A stretch of 63,688 bases of DNA, the filler included, from Circinaria calcarea (taxonomy: Eukaryota): assembly GCA_051942165.1 (NCBI GenBank). It is 45 parts of 45 records of this genome, joined end to end, with 100 filler letters (N's around TTAATTAATTAA, not from the genome) between each part and the next. Parts side by side here need not be neighbours in the genome. Positions count along the whole stretch, not along the records: positions 1 to 1,328 come from JAVECS010004893.1; positions 1,429 to 2,756 come from JAVECS010004894.1; positions 2,857 to 4,184 come from JAVECS010004895.1; positions 4,285 to 5,611 come from JAVECS010004896.1; positions 5,712 to 7,037 come from JAVECS010004897.1; positions 7,138 to 8,463 come from JAVECS010004898.1; positions 8,564 to 9,888 come from JAVECS010004899.1; 38 more parts are not named here. One strand, given 5' to 3'. Positions 1 to 9,888 of the stretch are shown in pieces. A program made the translations under genes and the position numbers. The notes below the pieces were generated by a model. The model made no database searches. It was not told the DNA's origin and saw only the letters and a program-made list of their open reading frames with translations. Every line of letters starts with the position of its first letter. Within the stretch, counting starts at the first letter, position 1.

Positions 1-427
1 GCGCTACTTCCTCCCCACCCCAGTAAAACCAAGCCCGGCGCGCGATGAAGGAGATGTGCTCAGGCAGGTACAGTGAAGCGGCGATGACGATCATGGAAAG
101 GAAGAGGAAGAGGAAGGAATCTGTTTTTTTATTCCCCCCCCCCCCACACCGGGGAAGGGGGAGTTTTTTGGTTAGCGAAGCGCGCGTCAAAGTTCGGGGG
201 GATAGGGTTTGTGTTTGGCGAGCAAGTTCTCTCCCCTCGAAGGCGAAGGTGAAGGTGAAGCTAGGGAAAATAGATGGCCGGGGGGGGGAAGACGAACTGA
301 AGATGAATTTCTCCGTCGGCGTGAGCATGTAGAGGGAGAAGGTGACTTCGTACTGGTAGCGCTTGCGGGCGAGCCAGCGGAAGAGGGAGGAGAGGGAGGA
401 GGAGGAGGATGAAGGGGTGGTGGGCAT
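1..427 (-). CDS. Serine palmitoyltransferase small subunit (SPTssa/Tsc3-like), 2 exons (298-427, 1-120), 3' truncated
   Basis: Manual translation MPTTPSSSSSSLSSLFRWLARKRYQYEVTFSLYMLTPTEKFIF|NSFLFLFLSMIVIAASLYLPEHISFIARRAWFYWGGEEVA. GT..CAG intron at 121-297 with GCTAAC. YQYEVTFSLYMLTPxEKFIFN is the family signature. Confidence 0.88.
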   Translation of the reverse strand, partial: MPTTPSSSSSSLSSLFRWLARKRYQYEVTFSLYMLTPTEKFIFSSSSPPRPSIFPSFTFTFAFEGRELARQTQTLSPRTLTRASLTKKLPLPRCGGGGNKKTDSFLFLFLSMIVIAASLYLPEHISFIARRAWFYWGGEEVA

Positions 428-741
428 TTTTTGGGACGGGAAGGCGCGCGGTGTGTGCACTGGGAGAGGCGGTTTGAGCTGGCACTGTGTGGTGGTGATA
501 TCAAAGGGCTTGATGTCGCTGCCACCGAGGTTGGTAAACCGAATTGGTGCTTTCCTGGTAGAAAATCTACTTTTCGTAAAACTTTACTAGAGGTTTCCGG
601 GTTTGAAAAAAAAGAGTCTCAATCATGGGATGATGCGAAGAAGACGGGAAATTCTGCAAAAAGTTCCACGCACCCGATTTTGGCGCTGCTTTACTCCTAA
701 AGTAAAACAAAAATAACTTTCATAAAGAAAAAAATTGTTGT

Positions 742-842
742 TGATGAGAGTGGGACTTGAACCCACGCCACTTTCGTGACCAGGAATTAGTGTTAAGAAT
801 ATAACCTTAACCTGGCGCCATAACCAACTCGGCCATCTCACC
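742..842 (-). tRNA. tRNA-Leu(AAG) with 19-nt intron (786-804)
   Basis: Minus strand GGTGAGATGGCCGAGTTGGTTATGGCG CCAGG TT AAG G [intron] T CCTGG, long variable arm, then GTGGGTTCAAGTCCCAC TCTCATC A. An oligo-T Pol III terminator follows (about 724-734). Confidence 0.95.
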
Positions 843-1091
843 GCTACAGTGTGTATACTTGTGTTATGTTTTATATATATAGAATTTTTGCTACTTCGGA
901 TCATACTAGCTTGACCGAATACTTCATTCCAAGATATTCATCGCTCAATTCCCCTCTACACATAACCATTCCCCCTTTCCAAAGGATTTCAGTAAGGAAA
1001 CATTAACAATATGGCCGATTTGAGAACCTGAACCGAAACTGTTTCCCTCTCAAGCATCATTCCCTCAGTTAGACACAACAATGCGCAGGCA

Positions 1092-1280
1092 ATGCTCCTC
1101 CGCCATGCTCTACGACCGTTCCCGCTTAAGATCTCCAACGCCAGGCAATGGGCCTTGAAATGCTTCAGCCCCTCTACTCAGACTGCCAAAAAGTCCCAAT
1201 TACCCCCCCGACCCACAATCGACGAAGCCGACCTCTCAGAAGCCTTCCTGAAAGGCAGCGGTCCCGGCGGCCAGAAAATA
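1092..1280 (+). CDS. Mitochondrial class-I release-factor homolog (C12orf65/MTRFR-like), exon 1
   Basis: Arg/Leu/Ser-rich presequence, then LPPRPTIDEADLSEAFLKGSGPGGQKI (GGQ motif). GT donor at 1281. Confidence 0.85.
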
Positions 1281-1328
1281 GTCCGCCTTTCCTTTCCCTT
1301 CCCCCATCTCTCCTCCTTACCCCTAACC

Positions 1329-1428
1329 NNNNNNNNNNNNNNNNNNNNNNNNNNNNNNNNNNNNNNNNNNNNTTAATTAATTAANNNNNNNNNNNNNNNN
1401 NNNNNNNNNNNNNNNNNNNNNNNNNNNN
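1329..1428. other. Artificial contig linker N44-TTAATTAATTAA-N44 (first of 44, recurring about every 1.42 kb)
   Basis: Identical 100-bp spacer with stop codons in all six frames. Genes are cut off abruptly at each linker. Contig lengths fall steadily from about 1328 to about 1303 bp. Confidence 0.99.
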
Positions 1429-2139
1429 GGTCAAGCCAGCAGGAGAAGCTAGAAGAGATCGATGTCACAGGTTGTGCAGAGGATAATGAAATGCTCAAAG
1501 AAAAATTTATACACCTGGTATGTCTCTTTTCGATCCTTTCTGGTAGAAGGTTCAGGTACGATTGATCAAATCCAGACTCGCTGTACTCATATTCAAGTGG
1601 AAGGCTGGATGTCTGCAGGCACAGTGTCCGTGAAAGGACCTTTTCAACACCCTACGGCCATCATTATTAAATTGAACAGTGGCGACGGTGCAGTCAGATT
1701 CTTCAGAGGCAGGAAAGATCTAGGTGATCGCCAAACAGATCCGGGCAAAAAGGAGGAGGTGATCATGGTATTTCTGAAACCTGGCCAAAGTTGCTGGTTG
1801 ATACGCAATGCTTCTGTCAAGGTTATCAAATGCAGTTCGAAAGAGCCCGACGATTTGCAACGCTAGCTAGTGTATTGCTGCATAATTTTCACGCAGGTAT
1901 CATATGGAACGATGATAAATGGCAACCACCCACTTTTGTGTGGAAATGTCACCAGCATTCCTTCGCCAAGGCCTTCTTTGAGTGTTGTAAGAAAAACTTC
2001 AGCGCCTTCAACGGTGAGCGGCAAGATCGTAGAATGAATAGCGGAAGCAGATGGACCTAATGGTAGTCAGGACTAGACTCAAAGCTCCATTGGCAATCAC
2101 ACTATCTTGCAAACCTGCTGTGGCCGTCGAAGTTCGGGA

Positions 2140-2620
2140 AGGAACGAAACCTTGATCTTCGACATCTGCTACCTAGAGACGGTGGAGCAGAGGGAAGAAG
2201 AAACCGATTTGATTTTCGGATCATGGACCCGGTTTGAGCTGGCTCTCAAACAGGTCTGTGGATTAATCAATGAGGGAAGGGCCGCTGCACGAACGATCCA
2301 TCGAATCAAGCAAAAAGGATCGGCTGCGCAGTATTACTCACAGTTCAATGCGGTAGCGTCCAAACTCACATGGAACCACGAAGCGAAAGGCTCAGCCTAT
2401 TACGAGGGCCTTAAAGACGCAGTGAAAGATCACAGGATCGATGATGTCCCCGAGACGTACAAAGGTCTTGTCGAAGAATCTATCAAGATTGATAATCGTC
2501 TCCATGAGAGGAAGATTGAACGCGGTGGAATGGACTGGGAGCTATAGTCCGTCAACATACCGAGGGAAGACTAGTGCACAGAGAGGCACGAAATATTATG
2601 GGGATCCTATGGACCTCTGC
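2140..2620 (+). mobile_element. Degenerate Ty3/Gypsy gag remnant
   Basis: IKQKGSAAQYYSQFNAVASKLTWNHEAKGSAYYEGLKDAVKD...LVEESIKIDNRLHER matches the gag major-homology region. The DPMDL motif lies in a shifted frame, and no pol follows. Confidence 0.8.
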
Positions 2621-2856
2621 CGCTCATACCCATCCGGAACTCATGCCGCACAGCCTTCTCTCACCTTGATATGAAGAATGCGACGCTGCGATAAGCCTCT
2701 TGCACACGGGGATTATAATCCCATTCGCATGAATAGCATTTGGCACGAACCCAATGNNNNNNNNNNNNNNNNNNNNNNNNNNNNNNNNNNNNNNNNNNNN
2801 TTAATTAATTAANNNNNNNNNNNNNNNNNNNNNNNNNNNNNNNNNNNNNNNNNNNN

Positions 2857-4173
2857 ACCTGCGGCTTCCATCAAAGAATACCATTGCTTCTCGGACCTTT
2901 CCATCGCGGCCAGAGCGGACATCACCAGCAGGTCGAGTTGGGTGGCTCGCCAAGGTGCTTTTTCATTTGGCAGAATCATGTCATCGATCAAAATAACAGA
3001 GTCCTTATCCATAGCGGCCATGATGTTATGGAGAATAGTGATGCATTTTTCGTCTGGATAATCATGCATGATGTTACGCATGTAGTACGCTCTTGCTCCC
3101 TTGATGGGCTGGGGAGTCCAGAAATCGTAGGGCATCACTTCTACGCCGTCCGTTGGTATGGCTTGTTGGATGGTCTGGGGTAGATCTTGAAGGATGACGC
3201 GGCCCGGAATATTGGGGTATCTGGCTTTCAATGCCTGGCATTGATGTCCGAGACCACCGCCGACGTCCACGAATAAAGGAGTATCCGGGTTGAGGTGATG
3301 GCAGAGTGTCTCCTCGAATGGGAAGACATCAAGCCAAATTTGCTGCCCTTCGCGTGACGCTGACATCCACAGATTAAAATTGGCGAAATTGGTAGGACGG
3401 CTTAGAACCCAAAGGAAAGGGACTTCATCGGTATTATGACCAGGCTGAAAAGCACAGTGAGCTGGATCCGATGGGTTCCGATAATTGGTATCGGCCAAAA
3501 ACTTAGGAAGTGCCTGCCAACTGGGCATAATGGAGTCGAAACTTGAAATGCGTTAGATGGATATGGACATCAAACAAGGACAAGAGAGCATGTGAAGCAT
3601 GGGACACGTACTTGTGGAGTACACCAGCCATAAGCCCTGGTATGGCAAGGGTTTTGGTGATGTGTGAGGCTGCATATAAGTCTTCGCCGACTTCTTTGAT
3701 GATCTGAACGGAGACAAGATAGCGTAAGAGACGCCCTATCAGCACCTAGATGTTACCAATCGAACGGGATGCATCAGGCTGGATAACAAAGCAATGAAGG
3801 CGGTACCTAGCAGGAGATAGTCTGCATTTGTCTTATCCACAAGCTCTTTGATACTCATCGATGAGCCATCGCTGGCAGCAAGGAGTTTGAATAAACCCAA
3901 GTCGCTGCCGATGTGAACAGCGGTGATTTCTGCTGGCTGTAAGATCGCAGACGTTGTAAGTATGGACCCCAGGTGTCAAGGAAGGAAAGGGCTGTGTGGG
4001 GAGACGCATACTTGATATGCAATCCGCTGGATGGTGTCTCCAGGCAGCTCCAGGTCGATGGTCAAGCTGCGGGCAGCATCATAGAGTTTCTTGCGTGACG
4101 AGTCATCCTTTGGCGCGTTCTTGCCAACAGACTCGAGCTGAGCAATGAGTGCTGACACGTCTGGAGTAGCCAT
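2857..4173 (-). CDS. SAM-dependent O-methyltransferase (Methyltransf_2 type), 4 exons, 3' truncated
   Basis: Start MATPDVSALIAQ. LFVDVGGGLGHQC SAM-binding motif, YDFWTPQPIKGARAYYMRNIMHDYPDEKC, and ERSEKQW. Three GT-AG introns in the 5' half. Confidence 0.93.
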
Positions 4174-4420
4174 TCGGAGGGAGANNNNNNNNNNNNNNNN
4201 NNNNNNNNNNNNNNNNNNNNNNNNNNNNTTAATTAATTAANNNNNNNNNNNNNNNNNNNNNNNNNNNNNNNNNNNNNNNNNNNNGTATTATAAGCATAGT
4301 GTAGTATGATTTGGGTGGGAGATGGTTGGCAAGGGGGAAAAAAAAGGATCGGGAATGAGAGGTTAGGGTTGGGGAAGGGAAAGGAAGGGGAGTGTGAATT
4401 CTTTAGATGGATAGAAAGAA

Positions 4421-4512
<92 letters not shown>
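4421..4512. repeat. (GAAAATG)x13 perfect heptamer microsatellite
   Basis: Read directly from sequence. Confidence 0.97.
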
Positions 4513-4513
<1 letters not shown>

Positions 4514-5433
4514 GGGATAATGGGAAAAAAAGCGGCATACTCCACCCTTCCTACAGTACCAGAAACACCGAAGCAGGAAACCCCAATACTGCTTTTCCCG
4601 GAAGATAAATTTAAACAAGGCAGAGGAAACATGGATGAATAGGGAGCCGTAGGTGACCCCGGGTGGGGGGCGGGGGAAATGGGTGACCAAAATTGTCGCC
4701 CGCTTCTCCTCTGTCGGTGGTCCGGTGTCCGGTTGGGGAAGAAGGGAAAAATGGTCGGGTCCTGATCTATGATTTCCCCCCGCCTTTGATGCTAAGGAAA
4801 ATACATATGGTAGGGATGGATGTTCTTTCCAAGGGGGAAAGCTAGATCGGCGTATTTGTATTTGTATTGCGTAGGATTTGGGCGGGAGGTGAAGTGTAAA
4901 ACACCGAGAGTGATTTTTTCCTTGGTAGGAAGACGAGATTGGGGCCCCCAAGGGGGGGGGGGGTAGAGAATTGGTATCAAAAGAGTAATCTACAATATAG
5001 AAACTCACGCTTTACGATTTCTCCAGGCGAAGTCAAAAGGCCACATACAGGCCCAACGGCAGAGAATTGGTTCTAAATTGCCTTGACTTGCACGACAGAT
5101 TTTGTTTCTGAAAATCACTGGAGAAGGCGGTTCGGAATAACGGAGTCCATTTCAGGACATCGGTCTATGCATTCCTAGGCAAAGGGAAATACCTCGCCCC
5201 CGACTCCCTATGACATGACATGAATCGAGTGAATCTGCCACGCTGGCCTCGCGACAACCGACCATCTGAAATAACAATGTGGATAGCGCCCACCGTTTAT
5301 GCAAGATCATGATGCATCACAGCAGGTCAAAAGTCCTGTCAAATGCAAACATGTACCGCTTCCCTTGTACACCTTTTCCGTGTGAATGCAACCCAAGGTC
5401 ATCCCTACCGTCCACGGCCTCGATTCAAAGTGG

Positions 5434-5610
5434 TCATGAATACGCATTGCTCCTTGGTCCCCGCACAACCTCCTCCTCCTCTCTCTTTCGCCGGATCCGA
5501 GCAGCCTCCGTTCCATCGTCGATAAGAGATTCCTTGAACCATGGGTGCTTAAGTGCTTCTTTGGCGGTGATTCGTTTCGTGGGATCATAAATAAAGATCT
5601 TGCGTAAAAG
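5434..5610 (-). CDS. lkh1: LAMMER/CLK-family protein kinase, C-terminal fragment
   Basis: Manual translation LLRKIFIYDPTKRITAKEALKHPWFKESLIDDGTEAARIRRKREEEEVVRGPRSNAYS*. Kinase subdomain XI plus the DDGTEA tail typical of fungal LAMMER kinases. Not in the ORF track. Confidence 0.8.
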   Translation of the reverse strand, partial: LLRKIFIYDPTKRITAKEALKHPWFKESLIDDGTEAARIRRKREEEEVVRGPRSNAYS

Positions 5611-5712
5611 GNNNNNNNNNNNNNNNNNNNNNNNNNNNNNNNNNNNNNNNNNNNNTTAATTAATTAANNNNNNNNNNNNNNNNNNNNNNNNNNNNNNNNN
5701 NNNNNNNNNNNT

Positions 5713-6804
5713 CGTTTCCTTTCTAAACTCCTCCTCGTCCATGGGAGATGGAACTACATTCGAACTTGCAAATATACATTAGGCACTTTCTGGAAGGAGA
5801 TGCTGTTCTACCTTACGCAAGCTTTGTACCAACATTATACCGGGTACACGGCTACTTCGCTCTACGAAAGCTGGAGCCTTAGCATGTTTAACACCCTCTT
5901 TACTTCTTTGCCCGTCATCTTTATGGGTGTCTTCGAAGCCGACCTCAAATCCGAAACACTCCTTGCCATCCCTGAGCTCTACGCTTTCGGCCAAAAAAAT
6001 CGCGGTTTCAGTCTCTGTATCTACCTTGACTGGGCTATCATGGCCACGTCCGAAGCTCTCCTCGTCTTCTTCCTCATGCTGGCGTTCTTCGGGCAAGTCA
6101 TTCTCACAACCGACAACGGTCTCTACGGAATGGGGACAATGACATTCACCGCCTGCGTCATCATCATCGCAGCCAAGTTGCAATTCATCGAGCTGCACAA
6201 CAAAACCATCACTTGCGTAATAGCCTTAGTGGCTAGCATCGGCGGCTGGTTCGGCTGGAGTCTCCTCTTGAGTAAAATCTACAAGAACAACACCATATAC
6301 AACGTCCGCGACGGCCTCCTGGAGCGGTGGGGACGAAACGCACTGTGGTGGCTCACGCTCCTCCTCATCGTCACCGCCGTCTTGCTTTTCGAACTCACGG
6401 TCAAGTACCTGAGAACCTGTTGGTGGCCCACTGACGTGGACGTTTTCCAAGCGTTGGAAAAGGACCGGGGTAGCTGGGAGCGGATCAAGGCTACGGCGAG
6501 GGGGGAGACGACGATGAGGCGGGAAGGAGAGCTGGAAAGGATGAGGACGGCGGAGGAGCAGGAGGGCAGGGAGAGGGAGGTTCAGGAGTTGTTGGCGCGG
6601 CCGAGGGTTATGATGCATCGGGAGGATGGGGGGAGAGTCGGGGACTGGGATGGGAACGATGGGAGTGATGGGTTGAGGAGGAGACATTCTTCCCACGAGG
6701 AAGTGGAATTAGGGGCGGGGGAAGTGATTGAGATGGACGATTTGGACACTGGAACGCGAGGGCGGGTTGGGACTGTGCGGAGGAGTCTGGGTGATGTTGC
6801 ATAG
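5713..6804 (+). CDS. P4-type ATPase phospholipid flippase (Dnf3-like), C-terminal part
   Basis: RFLSKLLLVHGRWNYIRTCKYTLGTFWKEMLFYLTQALYQHYTGYTATSLYESWSLSMFNTLFTSLPVI, followed by transmembrane helices and WPTDVDVFQ. Confidence 0.92.
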   Translation, partial: RFLSKLLLVHGRWNYIRTCKYTLGTFWKEMLFYLTQALYQHYTGYTATSLYESWSLSMFNTLFTSLPVIFMGVFEADLKSETLLAIPELYAFGQKNRGFSLCIYLDWAIMATSEALLVFFLMLAFFGQVILTTDNGLYGMGTMTFTACVIIIAAKLQFIELHNKTITCVIALVASIGGWFGWSLLLSKIYKNNTIYNVRDGLLERWGRNALWWLTLLLIVTAVLLFELTVKYLRTCWWPTDVDVFQALEKDRGSWERIKATARGETTMRREGELERMRTAEEQEGREREVQELLARPRVMMHREDGGRVGDWDGNDGSDGLRRRHSSHEEVELGAGEVIEMDDLDTGTRGRVGTVRRSLGDVA

Positions 6805-7137
6805 TTTGTTGGGATACTTTCAGGCCGGGTTTTATAGGGGGTTGGATATCATGTACACGGATTCGGATGAGCGGAACGACTTTTATGATTATGAGCAGCT
6901 ATCTCGAGGCATTGCACACGTCTTCCGAATGCAAAGGACTTGCCATGAGGAGTTTTATGCACCGCCTGCCCTCCCCATGTATCTCTCCCCGCCTTCTTAC
7001 CCAGCACCGTCCTAATATCAAACCCCCCACTCTACTCNNNNNNNNNNNNNNNNNNNNNNNNNNNNNNNNNNNNNNNNNNNNTTAATTAATTAANNNNNNN
7101 NNNNNNNNNNNNNNNNNNNNNNNNNNNNNNNNNNNNN

Positions 7138-8463
7138 TGCTATGCCGCAACTGTGGGACGGTGATTCGGGATGAGCAGATAACCTCCGAGGTCACCTTCG
7201 GCGAAACGTCGACTGGCGCTGCCGTCCTGCAGGGTTCCTACGTTGGTGCCGACCAAAGCTACTCTCGTCTCAACGCGCCGGGGGGCTCGAAGATTACCGG
7301 AGGGATGGATAGTAGAGAGGTTACCGAAGCCAATGGTATACTGATCCCAGCGTACCACTTGCTCATCAGTCTGACAGATCGTCGTAGGGAGACGGCTCGT
7401 GAAAACCTACACCGATGCCTTACAGCTAGGTGAGAGCTTTATAGATGATGCAATGCAAGTGTTCAAACTGGCAATCGGCCACAATTTCATCCAAGGACGA
7501 CATACCACCCATGTTGCCGCGGTTTGTCTTTATATCGCGTGTCGAAGGAGAGACGACAACCGAATAATGCTAATCGACCTCTCCGACATTTTGAGGGTAG
7601 GGGAGGCCTTTCCCTCGGAGCTGCTTTCAGCTAATGCCCGTCCAGATCAACGTCTTCAAGCTCGGGCAAATTTATAGTGCTCTGGTTGCTCTGCTCGAGT
7701 TGAGAGGCAACATAGAACCTATCAACGCCGAGTCTCTCATCTACCGATTCGCACAAAAGCTCGAGTTCGGCGACGCCACGTATCGTGTGGCAAAGGAAGC
7801 CGTTCAGGTTCTTCGGCGAATGGATCGGGATTGGATGATGATCGGGCGTCGTCCAGCTGGTGTCTGTGGGGCAGCCCTGATATTAGCAGCTCGTATGAAC
7901 AACTTCCGTCGTACGGTTCGAGAGGTCGTCTATGTGGTAAAAGTAACGGACATGACGATTGAAAAACGACTGGAAGAGTTCAAGTACACGGAAAGCAGTA
8001 AGCTTACTGTTGCCGAATTTCGTAATCATGGGGATAGGTTGGAAACCGAGTGCGACCCCCCAGCTTTCTATGCACAATTCCTCGAAAGGAAGAAGCGTCG
8101 GAAACGTGTTAAGACTGGCACAGCCGCAGATGAGCAGACGTCTGATAGCGAACAAGATCACGAAACCTCTGCCACCCCATCAGAGACTAGTCGTCGTGGA
8201 TCTACAGCGACCAATGCCCAGCAAGCACAAGCTGATAGTCAAGCCATGCCTCCTCCACCAATACCCATTGACCCTGCCCTGGTTGCCATCTCAGGTCAGC
8301 GACTTTCTGAACTTCAAGGCCCCGAGGCCCTTGAGCCTGCTGCAACAGTCGGGAATCGAGGACTTAAACGGAAACGTAGCGGTAAAAATGGGGACCAAGG
8401 TAAACCTTCACCAGATCACCCCGAGCCGCAGCGTGATGGACAACCAGTAAGAAAAAAGAGATC
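7138..8463 (+). CDS. BRF1: TFIIIB subunit Brf1, internal fragment (exons about 7138-7335, 7389-7596, 7646-8463)
   Basis: Zn-ribbon CRNCGTV..ITSEVTFGETSTGAA, cyclin repeats (NFIQGR..VAAVCLYIACRR; GRRPAGVCGAALILAARMNNFRRTVREV) and DPPAF. Confidence 0.96.
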
Positions 8464-9414
8464 NNNNNNNNNNNNNNNNNNNNNNNNNNNNNNNNNNNNN
8501 NNNNNNNTTAATTAATTAANNNNNNNNNNNNNNNNNNNNNNNNNNNNNNNNNNNNNNNNNNNNCTTTTAGGTGGGAGCCCGGAAAAAGAAAAGAGGGGGA
8601 AGGATGCATCGCCCACGTTTCACCTCGCCCTCGCACTCCCACTCCCACTCCCACTCTCTCATCCACCCCCCAAAACCCACATCCCAAAACCCAAAACCCA
8701 AAACCCAACACCCAACACCCAAACCCAACCCCTGGAACCAACATCCCGTCCGACGCGAACACGAAGACAAAAACCCCTTCATCCTGCCCACTGCCCACAG
8801 CTCTGTGTAGATCCCCCTCCAAGGTAAGAAGGGGGCCCCGGGTCCGGGGACCTTTTTGGGAATCATGGAAGCCCCACTTGGGAGAAAAATTTTCCAATGC
8901 GGATCGGATGGTTTTTTGATCAAGGCTGGAAATGGGAGGGTAAAACGCAAGCGGTAAGGAAGAAAGGAGGGGGAAGTAGGAATGCTATGCTTGTTAGACG
9001 GAGAGGTTGAAGAGGGAGAGATGGGGAGAGAGGCGAATATGGCTTTCGGCTAGTCCCGTGTAGGCAAGACAGTTTACTTTTATGTTGTTGGTAAAAATAA
9101 ATACCTCATGGAGCCGGTATTCTATAATATATATGCCAACCATAGATCTTAACGTAGGGATTTAACAACAACCTCCACGGCACAGATTTGCTCCCGGTTC
9201 ATAGGCATTGCTTCAATCACGTTACTCGGCTGGGTTTTTAGTATGATATTTTTGCTGGGGGAATATTGATAATACATTACGCTGTTTGGTCGAGTTATAT
9301 AGCCACAAAATTAATAAACCGGAGACGACAGAAGTGAAGATTCTCCAACTCGAAAGTAGCTGGGATTAAGATACATGGGGTGTAAGAAAATTCAATACGG
9401 GTGACCAGCCGTCA

Positions 9415-9888
9415 TTATATCAAGCCCGACTTCTTCGACGACAACCGCGAATACGTATCCCCAATGATACTCTCCGCGTCCCCCATCCCCGATCGGACAG
9501 TCGCAACCCTCCTCCGTTTTCCCCTGGTAGGCGTATCTCGGTTTTCAATAAACAGGTGCCCGCTATCGTAATTGATGGACCATTTGACATGGAATTGTTC
9601 GTGCTCGGGACCCGTGCTGCAACTGCCGGCTAATTCGCGATTCGGCGGGCTGTTCATCGCCAAGGCGAACATGTTCTGGGGTTCGATGAAATCGGTTACA
9701 AGGCCTCCGCCGAATATAAAATGTATGAGGCAAAAGATGTTGGTGAAGAACACCAAGATGAGCACAAGGTGGAATATGTTTTGCCAAGGCTGATTTCCAC
9801 CGGAGGCGTAATCCGCATAGCGGAAAGTTGCATTGAAAGCTTGGTATTGGGGAGTCTTTAACGTTGCCACGGTGGTAGAGTAGTTCCA
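9415..9888 (-). CDS. Conserved fungal membrane protein, C-terminal fragment, function unknown
   Basis: Open frame from the contig edge with one transmembrane helix (IFHLVLILVFFTNIFCLIHF), then LVTDFIEPQNMFALAMNSPP..LAGSCSTGP. Confidence 0.7.
   Translation of the reverse strand, partial: WNYSTTVATLKTPQYQAFNATFRYADYASGGNQPWQNIFHLVLILVFFTNIFCLIHFIFGGGLVTDFIEPQNMFALAMNSPPNRELAGSCSTGPEHEQFHVKWSINYDSGHLFIENRDTPTRGKRRRVATVRSGMGDAESIIGDTYSRLSSKKSGLI

Noticed and set aside
4233..5008. ORFs with (MENGKWK)n or (FHFPFSI)n repeats
   Set aside because: Translations of a heptamer microsatellite that is open in all frames.
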